A DNA stretch of 64,000 nucleotides, taken from positions 4,507,434 through 4,571,433 of the forward strand of contig MU053994.1 in the NCBI GenBank assembly GCA_013239625.1. Reading direction: 5' to 3'. The translations under genes were made by a program, and so were the position numbers. Of the stretch, positions 12,125 through 25,379 are shown piece after piece. Origin of the DNA: Lama guanicoe. Its lineage: Eukaryota. Position 1 is the stretch's first letter. The number at the start of each line of letters is the position of its first letter. The notes under the pieces were generated by a model. It had not been told where the DNA came from and ran no database searches. It was given only the letters and a program-made list of their open reading frames with translations.

Positions 12125-13185
12125 TAATCTATCCTGGAGAATGTTTCATTGCACTTGGAAAAAAAATGTGTATTCTGCTGGTTTTGGATAGAATGTCCTA
12201 TAGATATCTATAAAATCTAACCAGTCTATTGTGTCATTTAAGACCACTGTTGCCTTATTGATTTTCTGTCTGGATGATCTGTTCATTGATGGAAATGGGA
12301 TGTTAAATTCCCCTACTATTACTGTATTGTTGTCAATATCTCCTTTTATGTTTGTTATGATTTGCTTCATTTAGGTGTTCCTGTATCGAGTGAATATCTG
12401 TTAATGAGTGTAATATTCTCTTCTTTTATTGATCCTTTTATCATTATATAATGCTCTTCTTTGTCTTTTGTTATAGCCTTCGTTTTAAAGTCTATTTTGT
12501 CGCATGTGAGTATTGCTACCCTTGCTTTCTTGTAGATTCCATTCGCATGAAATATCTTTTTCCATTCCCTCACTTCCAGTCTATGTGTCTTTAGCGCTGA
12601 AGTGAGTCTTTTGTAGGCAGCATATTGACAGCTCTTGTTTTTAATCTAATAAGCCATCCTATGTCTTTTGATTGGACCATCTAGTACATTGACATTTCAA
12701 GTGATTATTGAAAAGTACATGCTTATTGCCATTTAATTATTTACTTTCTGGTTGTTTATGTAGTTCTTCTCTGTGCATTTTTTCTTTTTGTTCCTTCCCT
12801 TCTGGTTTGATGATTTTTTTCATAGTGTGCTTGTGTTTCATTCTTTTCAGTTTTTGTGTATCTGTTGTAGGTTTTTGACTTGTGGTTCCCATGGAATTCA
12901 TATATATTGACCTATAACTATATCTACTTGTTTTAAACTGGCAGTCATTTAAGTTCAAACACATTCTAAAACATCTACATTTTTAACTCCCCTCCCCCAT
13001 ATTTTGTGTTTTTAATGTCATTTTTTACAACTTCATGTTTATCCCTTAACTGTTTATTTTAGTTACAGTTGCTTTTACAATTAGTTGTCTTTTAATCTTT
13101 GTACTAGCTTATTTCAGTGGTTGATCTTCAGCCCTTTCTATATATTTGCTTTTCCTAGTGGGATTTTCCCTTTCCTATTTTAAGG
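12125..13185 (-). mobile_element. L1 fragment: inter-ORF region and ORF2 endonuclease N-terminus (frameshifted)
   Basis: ORFs 12367-12573 (WKKIFHANG..KARVAIL..DKIDFK...HYIMIKGSI) and 12146-12370 (IVGEFN.P...MNRSSRQKINK...DIYRTFYPKPAEYTFF) match the APE-like L1 endonuclease. Confidence 0.93.
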
Positions 13186-13194
13186 CCTTTAATA

Positions 13195-13445
13195 GTAGCA
13201 ATAGTCCAACAAATACAGGGCTTTCTAGGTGCCAAGCATTGTTCTAAGTACTTTACATAATTAACTAATTTAACACTTTCAACAACATTATAAAGTAGAT
13301 ACTATTATTATCCCTATCTTATCAATGAGGCAGAGAGAAATTAATTCATTTCTTAAGGTCATACTTCTAGTAAAGAGTGGAGTCTGAATTCAAATCCAGG
13401 CAGTGTGGCTCCAGAATCTTCTCTCAGCATCACTATATCATACTA
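13195..13445. mobile_element. MIR SINE
   Basis: gtgccaagcattgttctaag...tactattattatccctatctt...gaattcaaatccaggcagtgtggctccaga. Confidence 0.8.
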
Positions 13446-14091
13446 CCATAGCTTGACAATAAAATTTGGCACTCAAAATTGTTTACCCAATACCTGGGTC
13501 TTGATTTTTTATTCAAAGTTCTTTCATGGTCTACTTTAAGACATTAAGAAAAATATTGAGAAGTCAGTATGTCCCAGGAAATCATTAGGTTATAGTACAA
13601 ATTAAATTAAGGTACACTTTGAGATTCTGAGATCACCCACGCATATGTTGTGGCTTCTTGCACATCAGGGAAATCTATTTAACTCCTAGTTTTCATAATA
13701 TACAGTTCATTGCAACAGTAAGAGAAATGAGCAGAACTAACTATAATTTTCTATTTATTTGGAAGGATAAAATTCCAATGAAATAAGTAAATATTTGGAA
13801 AAATTTTAAGATACTGAAATTATCTACACTTTCCTTTTTCCTATATTATAGCATTCCATTTGCCTCCTTATGTGATTGTGTGTATCCTTCCCAGTAGACA
13901 GCTTCTTGGAGAGAAAGATTGTTTCATCATTTGGGTTGTAACTCCAACATGTGCCTTACCTACATAGTGCTCTACCCTTCTAAGGCACTCAATTCAAATT
14001 TGCTCAGCTAATTAGGCACATAAATTTTTATCTCTTTTGATGTCTCCAGCACAAGTTGGGGAGAATAGAATGGGGTCTGGGCAGTCTCTTT

Positions 14092-14244
14092 TTTATTGAA
14101 GTATAGTTGGTTTACAATATTTTATTAGTTTCTTTGTGTACAGCATAGTGATTCAATATTTTTATAGATTATACTCCATTTAAAGTTATTACAAAAAATG
14201 GCTATAGTTCCCTGTACTGTACAATATATCCTGGTTGCTTATCA
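14092..14244 (-). mobile_element. Short L1 3'-end insertion
   Basis: ttttattgaagtatagttggtttacaatatt... is an antisense L1 3' terminus. 13-bp TSD gggcagtctcttt at 14079-14091 and 14245-14257. Confidence 0.9.
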
Positions 14245-14582
14245 GGGCAGTCTCTTTGTGAACAAAATAGTTTAATTCTTAATGGCAATGTGAATAACCA
14301 TAAACATTCTGGAACCCAGTGGGGCACCTACATTGCCCAGACTTTGGGGAATTAGACGAGGCTCCCACCTGTCAAGTGCCAGGCCTGGGGCATGGACATT
14401 AGGCAAGGAACTCTATGAGGTTGACAGAAGACAGCCCAGAGCCAGCATGGAGCAGAAAATAGAGACCATCACAAATAGACGGAGCCAGGGCTTAGCACCT
14501 CTGTGCACCAGCAGTGACCCACCCAGTGGAGAGAATATCTGGGGAAAAGGGTTGGAAGAACAACACTTGTTAGTATGTGCCC

Positions 14583-15135
14583 TGTTGTCAATCAAACATA
14601 GGGATTCTCTCCTGCTTTCCATCTCAGGCCAGAAATACACTCATCTCAGCGCTCTTCAGACAAAGACCAACAGGGACAGGTCTGTAGCTGAACAAGTTGG
14701 ATTTATTACTCCTTGCAGGGAGAGAGAAAACATACGATAGGAAACCATAAGTAAGAGGGTGATAGAAAGAACTTAATATAGAATTTGGGTCTGAGATGGA
14801 TGACTTGGGGGAGGGTCTAAGGAAGCAAGGTTCATTTTAGATTTAATGCTAAAATAAAGTGTGTGTGTGTGGGGGGGAATTCTATGATTAGGTGTTTTGT
14901 GGGTGGCACAGTGACTGTGATTTTGTCATGCTTAGGCAAAATTATGAAGTGGCCTTGTTTTGTTTCATGTTATCATGGTCTCAGAATAATCTTGATTATG
15001 GTTGGTATTCTGTGAAACTGTATCCAACAGAGGAACAGAACAGCCTAGTATCAGACAAGCTTATAAATAGTATTGTGGTCTAGCTGTGGATGCCCAGTCA
15101 GCTGTGGATGTGACAGGCTGCTTTATTCTTTCTCA
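14583..15135 (-). mobile_element. ERVL solo LTR, MER73/MER74-like
   Basis: Reverse complement starts tgagaaagaataaagcagcc and carries AATAAA near its 3' end (tttatt at ~14702). Family assignment is from memory. Confidence 0.55.
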
Positions 15136-15391
15136 ATCATTGTGGTAGTAGGCCTGAAAGCAAAGTTGGTGACAAGCTGGTACTCATAACTGAGTTGAGA
15201 TATAAGAGAATGACGAAGAAGGTGGTTCTGGACACTAAGCCCTAAGCATAAGTAGCTTGTGCATAACATTAGGTGTTTCTAGAGTCTTTAGGAAGCTCTA
15301 CCCTTTAATAAAAACCAGGGAAGCAGCCGAAAAGCTGCACACCCCTGTCAAAACACCTATAGGTAAAGCTGAGTAGGAGGAAGAAACATCC

Positions 15392-15724
15392 TGCTGTGGA
15401 CTGAATTGTGTTCCACCTCTAAATCCATATGTAAAAGTCCTACCATTGTGATTGTATTTGAGATGGGGCCTCTGGGAGTTAAGGTTAGATTAGATCATAA
15501 GGGCAGGGCCTGCATGGTGGGACAAGTGCCTTCACAAGAAGAGAAACCAGAGAGCTTGAAAACTCTCTCTACACACACTCACAAAGAGGTCACGTGAGAG
15601 AATCTGACCATGCTGACACTCTGATCTTGGACTTCAGCGTCCATAGCTGTGAGAAAATAAATTTCTGTTTTTTAATCACCCAGAGTAGGGTATTTTGTTA
15701 TGAAAGCCTGAGCAGACTAAGTCA
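15392..15724 (+). mobile_element. MaLR LTR (MLT1A-like)
   Basis: tgctgtggactgaattgtg...tgagaaaataaatttctg...gcagactaagtca. 5-bp TSD catcc/caccc. Confidence 0.85.
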
Positions 15725-17629
15725 CACCCATAGGTAATACGTCATTTAATTAAAAGAAGGAGTTCTGTTTTGTCCCTGTGAGTGAGCCACCAGGCCCAAG
15801 GGGTGGGTTTTGTAGCTTCACCTCATCAGAACTGAGATTAAGCTGTGGATGAAATGGTGATCAGTGTTACACTATAAACCTAAATTTAAAAAATAGGATG
15901 CTCTTGAAAGTGTCTGAGTGGACTTTCCCTCCATACTTATGGTTCCAGAAACAGCTGACATTGAGCTGCAACAGATCCAGTATTTTGCTAGATTTTACAG
16001 CAATTCCCTAGATGAGCCAGGTGCCTGCAGAACAATTTGCCTATAAGGCTTCCCTGGGACAAGGAGAGCCATTTTCTTCACCCACGTTCATCCCTCATTT
16101 CCTTTAAACACAGAATGACTTCAAACAACTGAGTTTCAAGCATTTCATTTTACTCTAAAACACAAAACAAAATCTGTTTATTTCTTAGCTCCTCAGGCAA
16201 AGTGAGTCCTTTGTGCTTCTTGACTTTATATTAACTGGCAGTGCTACTCCCATGTATCCACCACTTTAAGGATGGACAAAAGGAACAGAGTTTGTAAACC
16301 AACTACATCTCAGTTTAAAAAAAGGAATGGAGAGCCCTGGCAGCCTGAAAGAAGCAACCTCAGTGGATATCTTTAACTCTTAACTTTGGCAGAACTAGTG
16401 TTCTAGAAGACACTTGTGGATTGAGAAGCATTTCTCCTTCTCAACTGGACTTTGGATTCCAGTATCTCTCCTGGCCCCTTCAGTCTCAGCTGCCTTTAAT
16501 CTGATCATCTTCTTGACTGACAGCACCATGTGGTGCCTGTGTACCCACACTCCCCGCTTCCTGCCTCAACACAAATGCTGCACAGAGTCACGCTCACACT
16601 TCAGTAAGAAAATGCTCTCATCCTTTCTCTCTTCTAATTGTAGCAAATAAGGCTTGACTCCCATCTAGAATCAGTTTTTAAATATCTCCAACTTTTACCC
16701 TCAGCTGCCCTCACCACCATCAGGACAGTTCATTAATTGTGACAATCATTTTCATAGAATTGCTTGTATTTTAATTGCATATGCGTCATAAATAAATGTA
16801 GTAGTAGAACCACATACTATGAGAAAAATTCTCTTTTATAACAACTAAAATGTATCTCTGTTGCCTAGAAGAGTGCCTGACACATAGAAGGTGATCAATA
16901 GGTATTATTTGAATGCATGAAGCCATGATTTTTATAGATAAAGAAACTGAGATCCATTTATATACTCAGTTCATTAATCTGGCAAGTTAGCATAGAACCA
17001 TTACTCTAAACTTACACAAGTAGTTGCAATGTTCAGTGAAGGGTCTCAAATCATTGGGAGATAAAAATAAAACAGGATTTTTTTTGCAGTTTCTTTTTTT
17101 TTCAGATTTACTGTGGTATAATTGACAAAATTATAATATTTAAAGTGCACAACTATAGTGAAGAGTTTATATATATGAAAGGATTCCCACCATCGGGTTA
17201 TTTAACACATCCACCACTTCACATATTCCCCCTTCCCTTCCTTTTTTGGTGAGAAATTTTAAATTCTACCCTCTTAGAAAATTTCAATCATAAAATACAA
17301 TAGTATTAACTATAGTCACCATGGTATACCTTAGATTTTAGTTATTCATCTTATAACTGAAAGTTTGTACCCTTTTACTAACCTCTCCCTATTTCCCCCA
17401 TCCCCACCTTGCAACCCCACCTGGCAAATTTCCATTCTACTCTTTTCTATAAGTTTGACTTTTTTCAATTTTAGATTCCCTGTATAAGTAATATCATGCA
17501 ATATTTGTCTTTTTGTCAGGCTTATTTCACTTATAATGCCCTCCAGTTTTATCCATGTTGTTGCAAATGATGGTATCTCCTACTTTTTTAAGGCTGAATA
17601 ATATTCCATTGTGTGTGTGTTTGTGTGTA

Positions 17630-18151
17630 TTTTCCTCTTTGACAAACAGTTCATTGAATTTTGTGTTGGTATGAGATGTGTCTTACTGTATCCTAGGATC
17701 CCAGGATTCAAAGAGATGGTAAAGTGGCAATGGTGAATTTGGGAATCTGGTCTCGCAGCAGATACTTTTGGAGACCAACCCTCCACTGGAGCAGTCCTGC
17801 TCCATGGCCAAAGGGAGAGCACTAGCAGCGAATTGCAGACACTTTTCCTTGGTCATGCATTCCCGGTAGGTAGCATCGAAATAGTCATAGATACAGGAGC
17901 TCCCAGAGCCCCCAGTGGCAAAGGACTGTCTTACTATCATACCCCACCATGGGCACTGAGTACATATGCACCCCTTCTTGGGGGTCCCAGCCCACAATGA
18001 TGATTGCTGCCATCAGGTCTTCCTGGTATCAGTAACCTATCTCCTTAAAGAGGCTGGCTGCCATGTATACTAGTGGAGGCTTATTCAGCTCAATGCTGTG
18101 GAAACCAAGCTGAAAAATGACTGCATCAGCTACTGCCTTTGCATCAGATGC
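17630..18151 (-). pseudogene. PSMB6: 5'-truncated processed pseudogene of proteasome subunit beta type-6
   Basis: Intronless translation [67 protein letters not shown] / [55 protein letters not shown] / [14 protein letters not shown]. Premature TGA at 18029-18031, frameshift near 17945, native stop at 17708-17710, short 3'UTR with a decayed polyA signal (AATGAA at 17650-17655) and an A-rich tail remnant. Confidence 0.96.
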
Positions 18152-18162
18152 ATATATATATG

Positions 18163-18248
<86 letters not shown>

Positions 18249-18266
18249 ACGTACGAGAGAGAGAGC
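18151..18266. repeat. Compound (TA)n(GA)n microsatellite
   Basis: Directly visible. Confidence 0.98.
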
Positions 18267-21200
18267 ACATTTTCTTTATGCATTCATTCATCAGTGAACA
18301 CTTAGGTTATTTCCATATCTTGGCTATTGTGAATAATGCTGCAATGAACAAAGGAGCACATGTATCTCTGAGATAATAATTTCATTTCCTTTGGATACAT
18401 ACCCAGAAGTAGAACTATTAGATCACATGGTAGTTCTAATTTTGATTTCTTGAGGAACTTCCATACTGTTTTCCATAATGACTGCCAATTTATATTCCCA
18501 CCAACAGTGTACAAGGGTCGCCTTTTCTCCATGTCTTTGCCAACACTTTTTCTATCTTCTCTTTTTGATAACAGACATTCTAACAGGTGTGAGCTGATAG
18601 CTCACTGTGCTTTTGATTTGTATTTCCCTGATAATTAGTGACACTGAGCACATTTTCACATACCTGTTGTCCATTTGTATGTCTTTGGAAAATTTTCTAT
18701 TCCAGTCCTTTGCCTATTTTAAAATTGGATTATTGGAGTTTGAGGTTTTTCTTTTTTTGTTGTTGTTGGTTTTGTTTTGCTATTGAGTTCTGAATTCCTT
18801 GTATATTTTGGATCTTAACACAATCAGATATGTGGTTTGCATGTATTTTCTCCCATTCCATACACTGCCTTTTCATTTTGTTGATGGTTTCCTTTAAACT
18901 TTCAAAAGCATTTTAGTTGCATGTAGTCCCATTTGTTTATTTTTGCTTTTGTTACCTTTGTTTTTGCTGACACACCAACAAAATCATTGCCAAGACCAAT
19001 GTCAAGGATCTTACTCCCTATGTTTTCTTCTAGGAGTTTTATGGTTTCATGTTTTATGCTCAAGTCTGTAATCCATTTTGAGTTGATTTTTGTGTATGGC
19101 GTAAGATAGGGGCACTGTTTCATTCTTTTGCATATGGATATACAGTTTTGCCAACACCACTCTTTGAAGTGACTACCCTTTTCTCATTGCATATTCTTGG
19201 CTCCTTTCTCAAAAATTAATTGACCATATCTACATGGGTTTACTTCTGGGCTCTCTATTCTGTTCTATTGATCTATATATCTGTTTCTATACCAATACCA
19301 TACTGTTCTGAATACTATCACTTTGTAACATTGTTTGAAACCTAGAATTATGATGTCTCTAGCTTTGCTCTTCCTTCTCAAGATTGTGTCACCTCCTTGG
19401 GATCTTCTGTGGTTCCATAGAAATTTCAGAATTTTTTTCTATTTCTGTGAAAAATGCCATTTGACTTTGATAGGGATTGTATTGAATTTGTAGATTGCAT
19501 TAAGTAGTATGGACAATTTGACAATATTAATTCTTCCAGTCTATGAGCATGGAATATCTTTCCATTTATTTGTGTTTTCTTCAATTTCTTTTACCAATGT
19601 TTTACAGATTTCAGTGTATAGATCTTTCACTTTGTTGGTTAAACTTATTCCTAATTATTTTATTCTTTTTGGTGCTATTGGAAATGGAATTGTATTCTTA
19701 ATTTCTCTTTCCAATAGTTTGTTGTTAGCATAGAGAAATGCAACTAATTTGTCTACACTGATTTTGTATCCTACAACTTTACTGAATTAATTTATTAGTT
19801 ATAACAGTTTTTTTGTGGAGTACTTAGGATTTCTAGATATAATACCATGTCATCTGCAAAAAGAAAAAATTTTACTTACTCCTTTCTGATTGAATGCCTT
19901 TTATTCCTTTTTCCTGCCTAGCTGCTCTGGCTAGGACTTCCAGTACTGTGTTGAGTAAAAGTGGCAAGAGTGGCAAGAGATAAAGAGGGCATCTTTATCT
20001 TGTTCCTGATCTTAGAGGAAAAACTGTCACCTTTTCATCATTGAGTGTGATGTTAGCTGTGGTCTTGGTCTTCATTTTGTTGAAGTACATTCTTACTATA
20101 TCCAATTTATTGAGAATTTTTATAATGAAAGGACATTGAGTTTTGCCAATTGCCTTTTCTACATCAATTGAAATAATTGTATGATTTTTATTCTTTATCT
20201 TGTTAATTTTGTATATCCCCTTTATAGATTTGTGTATGTTGAACCATCACTGAATAACTGGAATAAAGCCCACTTGATTATGGTGTATGATCCTTATAAT
20301 GTACTGTTGAATTCAGGTGGCTATTATTTTGTCGAAGATATTTGTATCTACGTTCATCAAGAATACTGGCCTGTAATTGTGTTTTTCCTGTAGTGTCCTT
20401 GTTAGGCTTTGGTATCAGAGTAATGCTGGCCTGGTAAAATGAGTTTGGTAGTGTTCCCTCCTCTTCTATTTTTCAGAAGAGTTTGAAAAAGTTTGGTATT
20501 AACTCTTCTTTAAATGTCTGGTACCATTCACCAGTGACATCATTCGGTTTTGGTATGTTCATGGGAGGAGGGAAATTCAAGAGTCTCCAATGATGCCATC
20601 TTGGCCCAGAGTCTTGTATTTTCAATTACTTTTTCCAATTGTGCTCCCAATCCCTCCTCTCTTGCTGAGGAGTTTAACAGTACTTCAATTCCATGGCTTT
20701 CCAGCCACTTTCAGTAATTAAAGCAGTTTCATTCAAGTTGTCATGACTCAGTTCTATTCAATTTTATAAAGTCAAAGTCATATTCAATCCAAAGCTTTTC
20801 TCCTCTTCCAAGAGGAAAAACTAAACATGCATCTCTAGCATCTTACATGGAGGAAATTTTAAGGGCCTGATTGTTGAGGTGAAGTACAAAGTCTGCTTTT
20901 TTAACCACTTGCACTCAATCTTCCCTGCAATGAGTTGTAAAGAAAAGAGTAGGGGAATGGCCAATGTTATATTAGACAATGGTTCATGATGAGGTTGCTT
21001 TCCTTTCCTTGCTTAGGTAATTACTGCTCTGGCTTATTGGCTTTGGGCTCCTTAGATAGAAGGTAACTCCCATAGGCCACACTGATGAGACATCTCTTTT
21101 ATGCTGCTGTCCTAGGCATTGGTAAACCACTTGCCTATATTCTTCTTGAACTTCAGGATTCTGCTACATGCAGTATTAGTCCCTAACAATGCTGCAGTCT

Positions 21201-21529
21201 TTAATCTGTTCAGTGACTCCAAAATTGGGGGCCACTGAAAAGAGGAAGACATATCTCTGATCACACACAACAATCTGGCCAAAAGAGACTTTTTTTAAGT
21301 CTCACTATTTGGACTTACGATGGAAGGGAGTGTGTAATTCTGCTCAATGGCAAGTATCAGTAAGCCATACAAGGAGGCAGAAGCCTTGAACATCTGGTGG
21401 AGAGGTAGACTCTAAAGCTGGAACATGTGCTATCTTTTTCTCACTCACAAATTTCAATACTGCACAGTGACACTAACCTAATATACTCTCAATAATTCCT
21501 GTTATGGTAGGTACTTTAATCAATCAATG

Positions 21530-21780
21530 AATCTATCTATTTATCTATTTATATTTCTCATATATAATGTACATATGTGTAAAGTATATATGTAACACAT
21601 ATATAATGAATATATTTTATGTTTTTCTATCTTATAGTATTATATATACTATATGTGTGTATATGTACACATATACATATTTATTCATAGAATCGTATAG
21701 ACACACATGCATCATACACATACATGTGGGTGTATTTATATACGTATGTATGGATGGATGTATTCTGTATATTTGTATTC
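21530..21780. repeat. TA/CA-rich low-complexity tract
   Basis: Degenerate tatatg/tacaca repeats. Confidence 0.8.
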
Positions 21781-22579
21781 ACTGGGTTGGGTGTGGGAAC
21801 AGGAGAATCAAGGAATATTGTGGGATTGTGTGCATTATGTGTCTCTCTTTTCTCCAGTTTCCTTTATTTAGTTACTGTGGTTTTAATTTTAAGTAAGAGG
21901 GTTCTCAGATTAATCTTAATCAAAAGAAAATATCAGATGAAACTTTCTTTTTAATAAGGAAAGAATTAGAGAGTATTAAAAGAGAAAGACAAAGCAAAGA
22001 ACTCTTGATGTAGAAGCAAAAGATAATAAATGGTAGCAATGAAGAAAACATAAACACAGACAGACCTGAGTGAGACGAATGGTCTGAATGAGCTAATAGA
22101 GAAAGGGGATGGCTATAATAGGACAAATGTTTATAAAGCTTCTGTACTAGATCCTAGAAACTGTGGAAGACAGAGGAAAATTATTATTTATTTTCAGTAT
22201 TTTCTTATAGCTCACAATAATGGCAAAAATTAAGAATGTAACAAAACAAGTGAAGGAGAGGATGTGGATCAAAGGGAACTCTTATATAGAGCTAGCATGA
22301 GTATGAACTGATACAACCTCAATGGAAAATAATTGGGCATAATCTCACGAAGTTGAACATGTGCACATCTTATAGTTTAGCAACCCCCTTGTAAACACAT
22401 ATAACTAAGAGAAACTCTCATAATTGTGTTACAGAATATGGCAGCAATGTGAAACAAACAACCCCACCCCCCCAAACTCAGAACAACTCAATTGTCCATT
22501 GACAGAAAAATGAATAAAACAGATTGTGGTATATTGTGATAAAGGGCTATCATACATAAGTAAAAATGAATGAGCTAAA

Positions 22580-23500
22580 TTATGGCAGATACTAATTAGC
22601 TGGTTGCTGCACTTATTTCCTCTTCTTCCTCAGAATATAGCTAGACTACATTTTCCAGCCTCTCTTACACTTACGTGTGATAATGTGCGTCATTTGGAAT
22701 CCTCTGGGAAGCCAACACAAAGACAGAATTAGGAATACAAGAGTTTAATTGAGGGTGAGCCCTATGACCAACAAAGGGCAGAGGGAGTCAGGGCAGAGAG
22801 GGAGAGTCTTCAAATCATGATGCAGGTCTCACTCATGTGAAAGGAGAGGGGAAGGAAGGATGAGTGAGTAAGGAAAATTTCAGACTGCATTGCAGCTCTG
22901 AGAAAGCTTTGGCCAGCCCAATGTGAAGTTCCAGCACAAAGATTCCCCATAGAAAACTTCTGCACTGGGTAAAAACTGTCTAGGCCCTTGTACACTTCTT
23001 GTACTCCGTCATTGGCTGGAAACTGCCTGGGTAACTCTGGCCTCATCTTCAATGTAGTAATAGATCCTAAAGGTGCTGCAACAGGAGGCTGTCAGCTCAC
23101 TGAAGTCCTTACAGCAGCTTCTGTACTGAAGGGAGCTCTGAGAGGCACATCTCCCTGGTCACCATACCACGTGGCTGAGCTTTCACAAATGGGACATGAG
23201 AGGAAGTGATGTGTGCCACTTCCAGACCTGATTCAAGGAAATGCCCTACATTGATCTGCCATGTTTTTCCTCTCTCTGGAGCTTGAGGAAAGATAAATAT
23301 GGCAACTTAGGAAGCCATATGTTGAAAACAGCAGAGGATAAGATGGAGGAATTCTAAGTTCCTGATTCACCAATTGGATGACAGCCATACACTACTAAAA
23401 CATGTGTATTTTAGGCTTTATGCAGGAGAGAAATGAACTTCTATTGTGTTGCAATATTGAAGTTTGAGGTTTATCTATTATGACAGCTAATTGTATCCTA
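22580..23500 (+). mobile_element. MLT1 (G/H-like) MaLR LTR split by an LTR33-like insertion, within an L1ME fragment
   Basis: ctagactacattttccagcctctctt...|...gaggaagtgatgtgtgccacttccagacc...gaaatgaacttctattgtgtt. Confidence 0.6.
22686..23167 (-). mobile_element. LTR33-like solo LTR
   Basis: ctctgggaagccaacacaaagacagaattagg...ctgcattgcagctctgagaaagc...ggaggctgtcagctcact. Confidence 0.65.
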
Positions 23501-24065
23501 AATCATGCTTTCAGTGGCTCATTAAATCACAGATGATTCTTGGAAAACTAATTTTGAGAGAGAAAAGCAGATCCCAGAAGACAAAATACAGTAAGCTATA
23601 TTTTTATAGACTCAAAACAACTAAATCTAATAATATATTGCTTAAAAATAGTATTTTCAAAGCCATAAAATAATTTTTAAAAATAATGATAGTGGTTAAT
23701 TCTAAGGGGAGTCAGGGGGTGGGACTGGGAGGAATATATAAGTAGATGAGAAAAGTGTACACTAAGATTAATGATAACTTCTCAAGTAATAATTCTGTCA
23801 TTCTCTGTAATCCTTCTTTGCATGAAAACACTTGTTAAGGGCAGAGGCTTCCTGTTAGATAAAGAATCACTGCTATAGTTTCCTAGAGACTATCAAGCAT
23901 TTCTATCAAAGATCTCCTATTCCTTGGGGGAATAATTGACATTTGAAATAAAGATTTTTCTCTCAGAGGTATCAAGAAATCATTAAACATGAGAGGTAGC
24001 ACACCGAAAATTCAAAATATTTTTTGTCCACTCAAACATCAGAAACAGATTATCAATTTGAAAAT

Positions 24066-24530
24066 GTATTCAGTTAGAAACTGTATTTACCTGCAAGTAC
24101 AAAGACCAAAAAAATAATGGCTTAAACACACATAGATTTATTCTCTCATATTAAAGATGTCTGAAATTTGGAAATCCAGAGCTGGTATAGAAGTCCACAG
24201 TGTCGTCAAGAAACCAGACCCTTCTTTCTGCTCCAACATCCTAGGATATGGTTTCTATCCTTAAAGGTCAAGATAACTGCTGGATCCTCACTATCTAACT
24301 TGTATTCCAGGTAGCAGGAAGTACAAATGGTAATCTCCCAGCAGTCAACTTTTGTTAAGCAACCTTCCAAAAAGGCTCAACCAATATTTATGCTTTCACT
24401 TTAGCAACGGACTTGAGAATAAAGTCTCTGGTCTGAGTGGTCATATGCCCAGCTGAAAAATCAGAGTTCCAATGAAGAAAGAAGTGGGGAATGTCAACTG
24501 GGAGGCAACTAGTAGACTTTGTCATTGAGT
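24066..24530 (-). mobile_element. Old MaLR LTR (MLT1J/K-like)
   Basis: tgtattcagttagaaactgtatttacctgcaag...aatggcttaaac...atttattctctcata. Confidence 0.6.
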
Positions 24531-24914
24531 GAAAAAAAAAATGGGCCTAGACACAAAAGGCACCTTGACGAATATTGACTATATACAAATCTCATGACCC
24601 AGAACTTCTAATACTATATTAAAGCTTAGAGAAAGTCATGCAAATACACACCAGAAAGCATGTATGACAACTTTTTTAACAGCAATGTTCATAATATTAA
24701 AAAACTAGGAGCAATCAAATGTCATTAATAATACAATAGATAAATAAGTTGTGGTATATTCCTGCAATTAAATCCTATACTGCAGTGAAAATCAATCATG
24801 TATCTTAAAGGAATGATAGAATCAAGTGTCAGTGGAATACAGTATTGGTTCCATTGATATAGATTTCAAAAACTGGCAAAACTAAGTAGGGTTTAAGTAT
24901 ATACACATAGGCAG

Positions 24915-25287
24915 TTTCATAGACTGAATATTTGTGTCCCCCCCAAATTCTTATGTTAAAACCCTACCACTCAATGTGATAGTATTAGGAAGTGGGGCCT
25001 TTGAGAGATAATTGGGATTAGATGAGGTCATAAAGGTGGAGCAATCATGAACGGGATTAATGCCTTTATAAGTGTCACAAGAGAGCTTCCTATCTCTGCT
25101 CTGCACTTTCCCTCATGAAGATATAAGAAAACAGCAGTCTATAAGCCAGAAGAGGACTCTCATCAGAACCTAACCATGTTGGAACCCTGATCTCAGACTT
25201 CCAGTCTCCATAACTGTGAGAAATAAATTTATGTTGTTTATTAGCCACCCAGAATGTTATTTTGTTACAGCAGCCTGAAGTAAGACA
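24915..25287 (+). mobile_element. MaLR LTR (MLT1A-like)
   Basis: agactgaatatttgtgtccccccaaattc...gtgagaaataaatttatgttg...gcagcctgaagtaagaca. Confidence 0.85.
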
Positions 25288-25298
25288 CATGGTTAAAA

Positions 25299-25300
<2 letters not shown>

Positions 25301-25344
<44 letters not shown>

Positions 25345-25352
25345 CCACACAC
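25301..25352. repeat. (CA)n microsatellite
   Basis: Directly visible. Confidence 0.98.
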
Positions 25353-25379
25353 AGAATATCTATAAAGTAAAACAAGGGT

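Larger units (their letters stand above)
17095..20535 (-). mobile_element. ~3 kb L1 (ORF2 3' half plus 3'UTR), interrupted by the PSMB6 retrocopy
   Basis: Poly(T) at ~17095. ORF2 remnants PYLTPYTKINSKWITDL...KLLEENIG (18902-19123) and LYTVGGNINW...LELPCD (18302-18532). Confidence 0.93.

Noticed and set aside
14333..14740. 135-aa ORF as a novel protein
   Set aside because: Non-ATG start, runs into an antisense LTR, and has no recognisable domain.
17683..18283. Functional PSMB6 gene or exon
   Set aside because: Intronless, lacks the catalytic N-terminus, and contains a premature stop, a frameshift and an internal rearrangement.
18117..18305. YI/RE-repeat peptide ORF (and similar ORFs at 21567, 25090, 28502, 55583)
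   Set aside because: These are translations of dinucleotide microsatellites.
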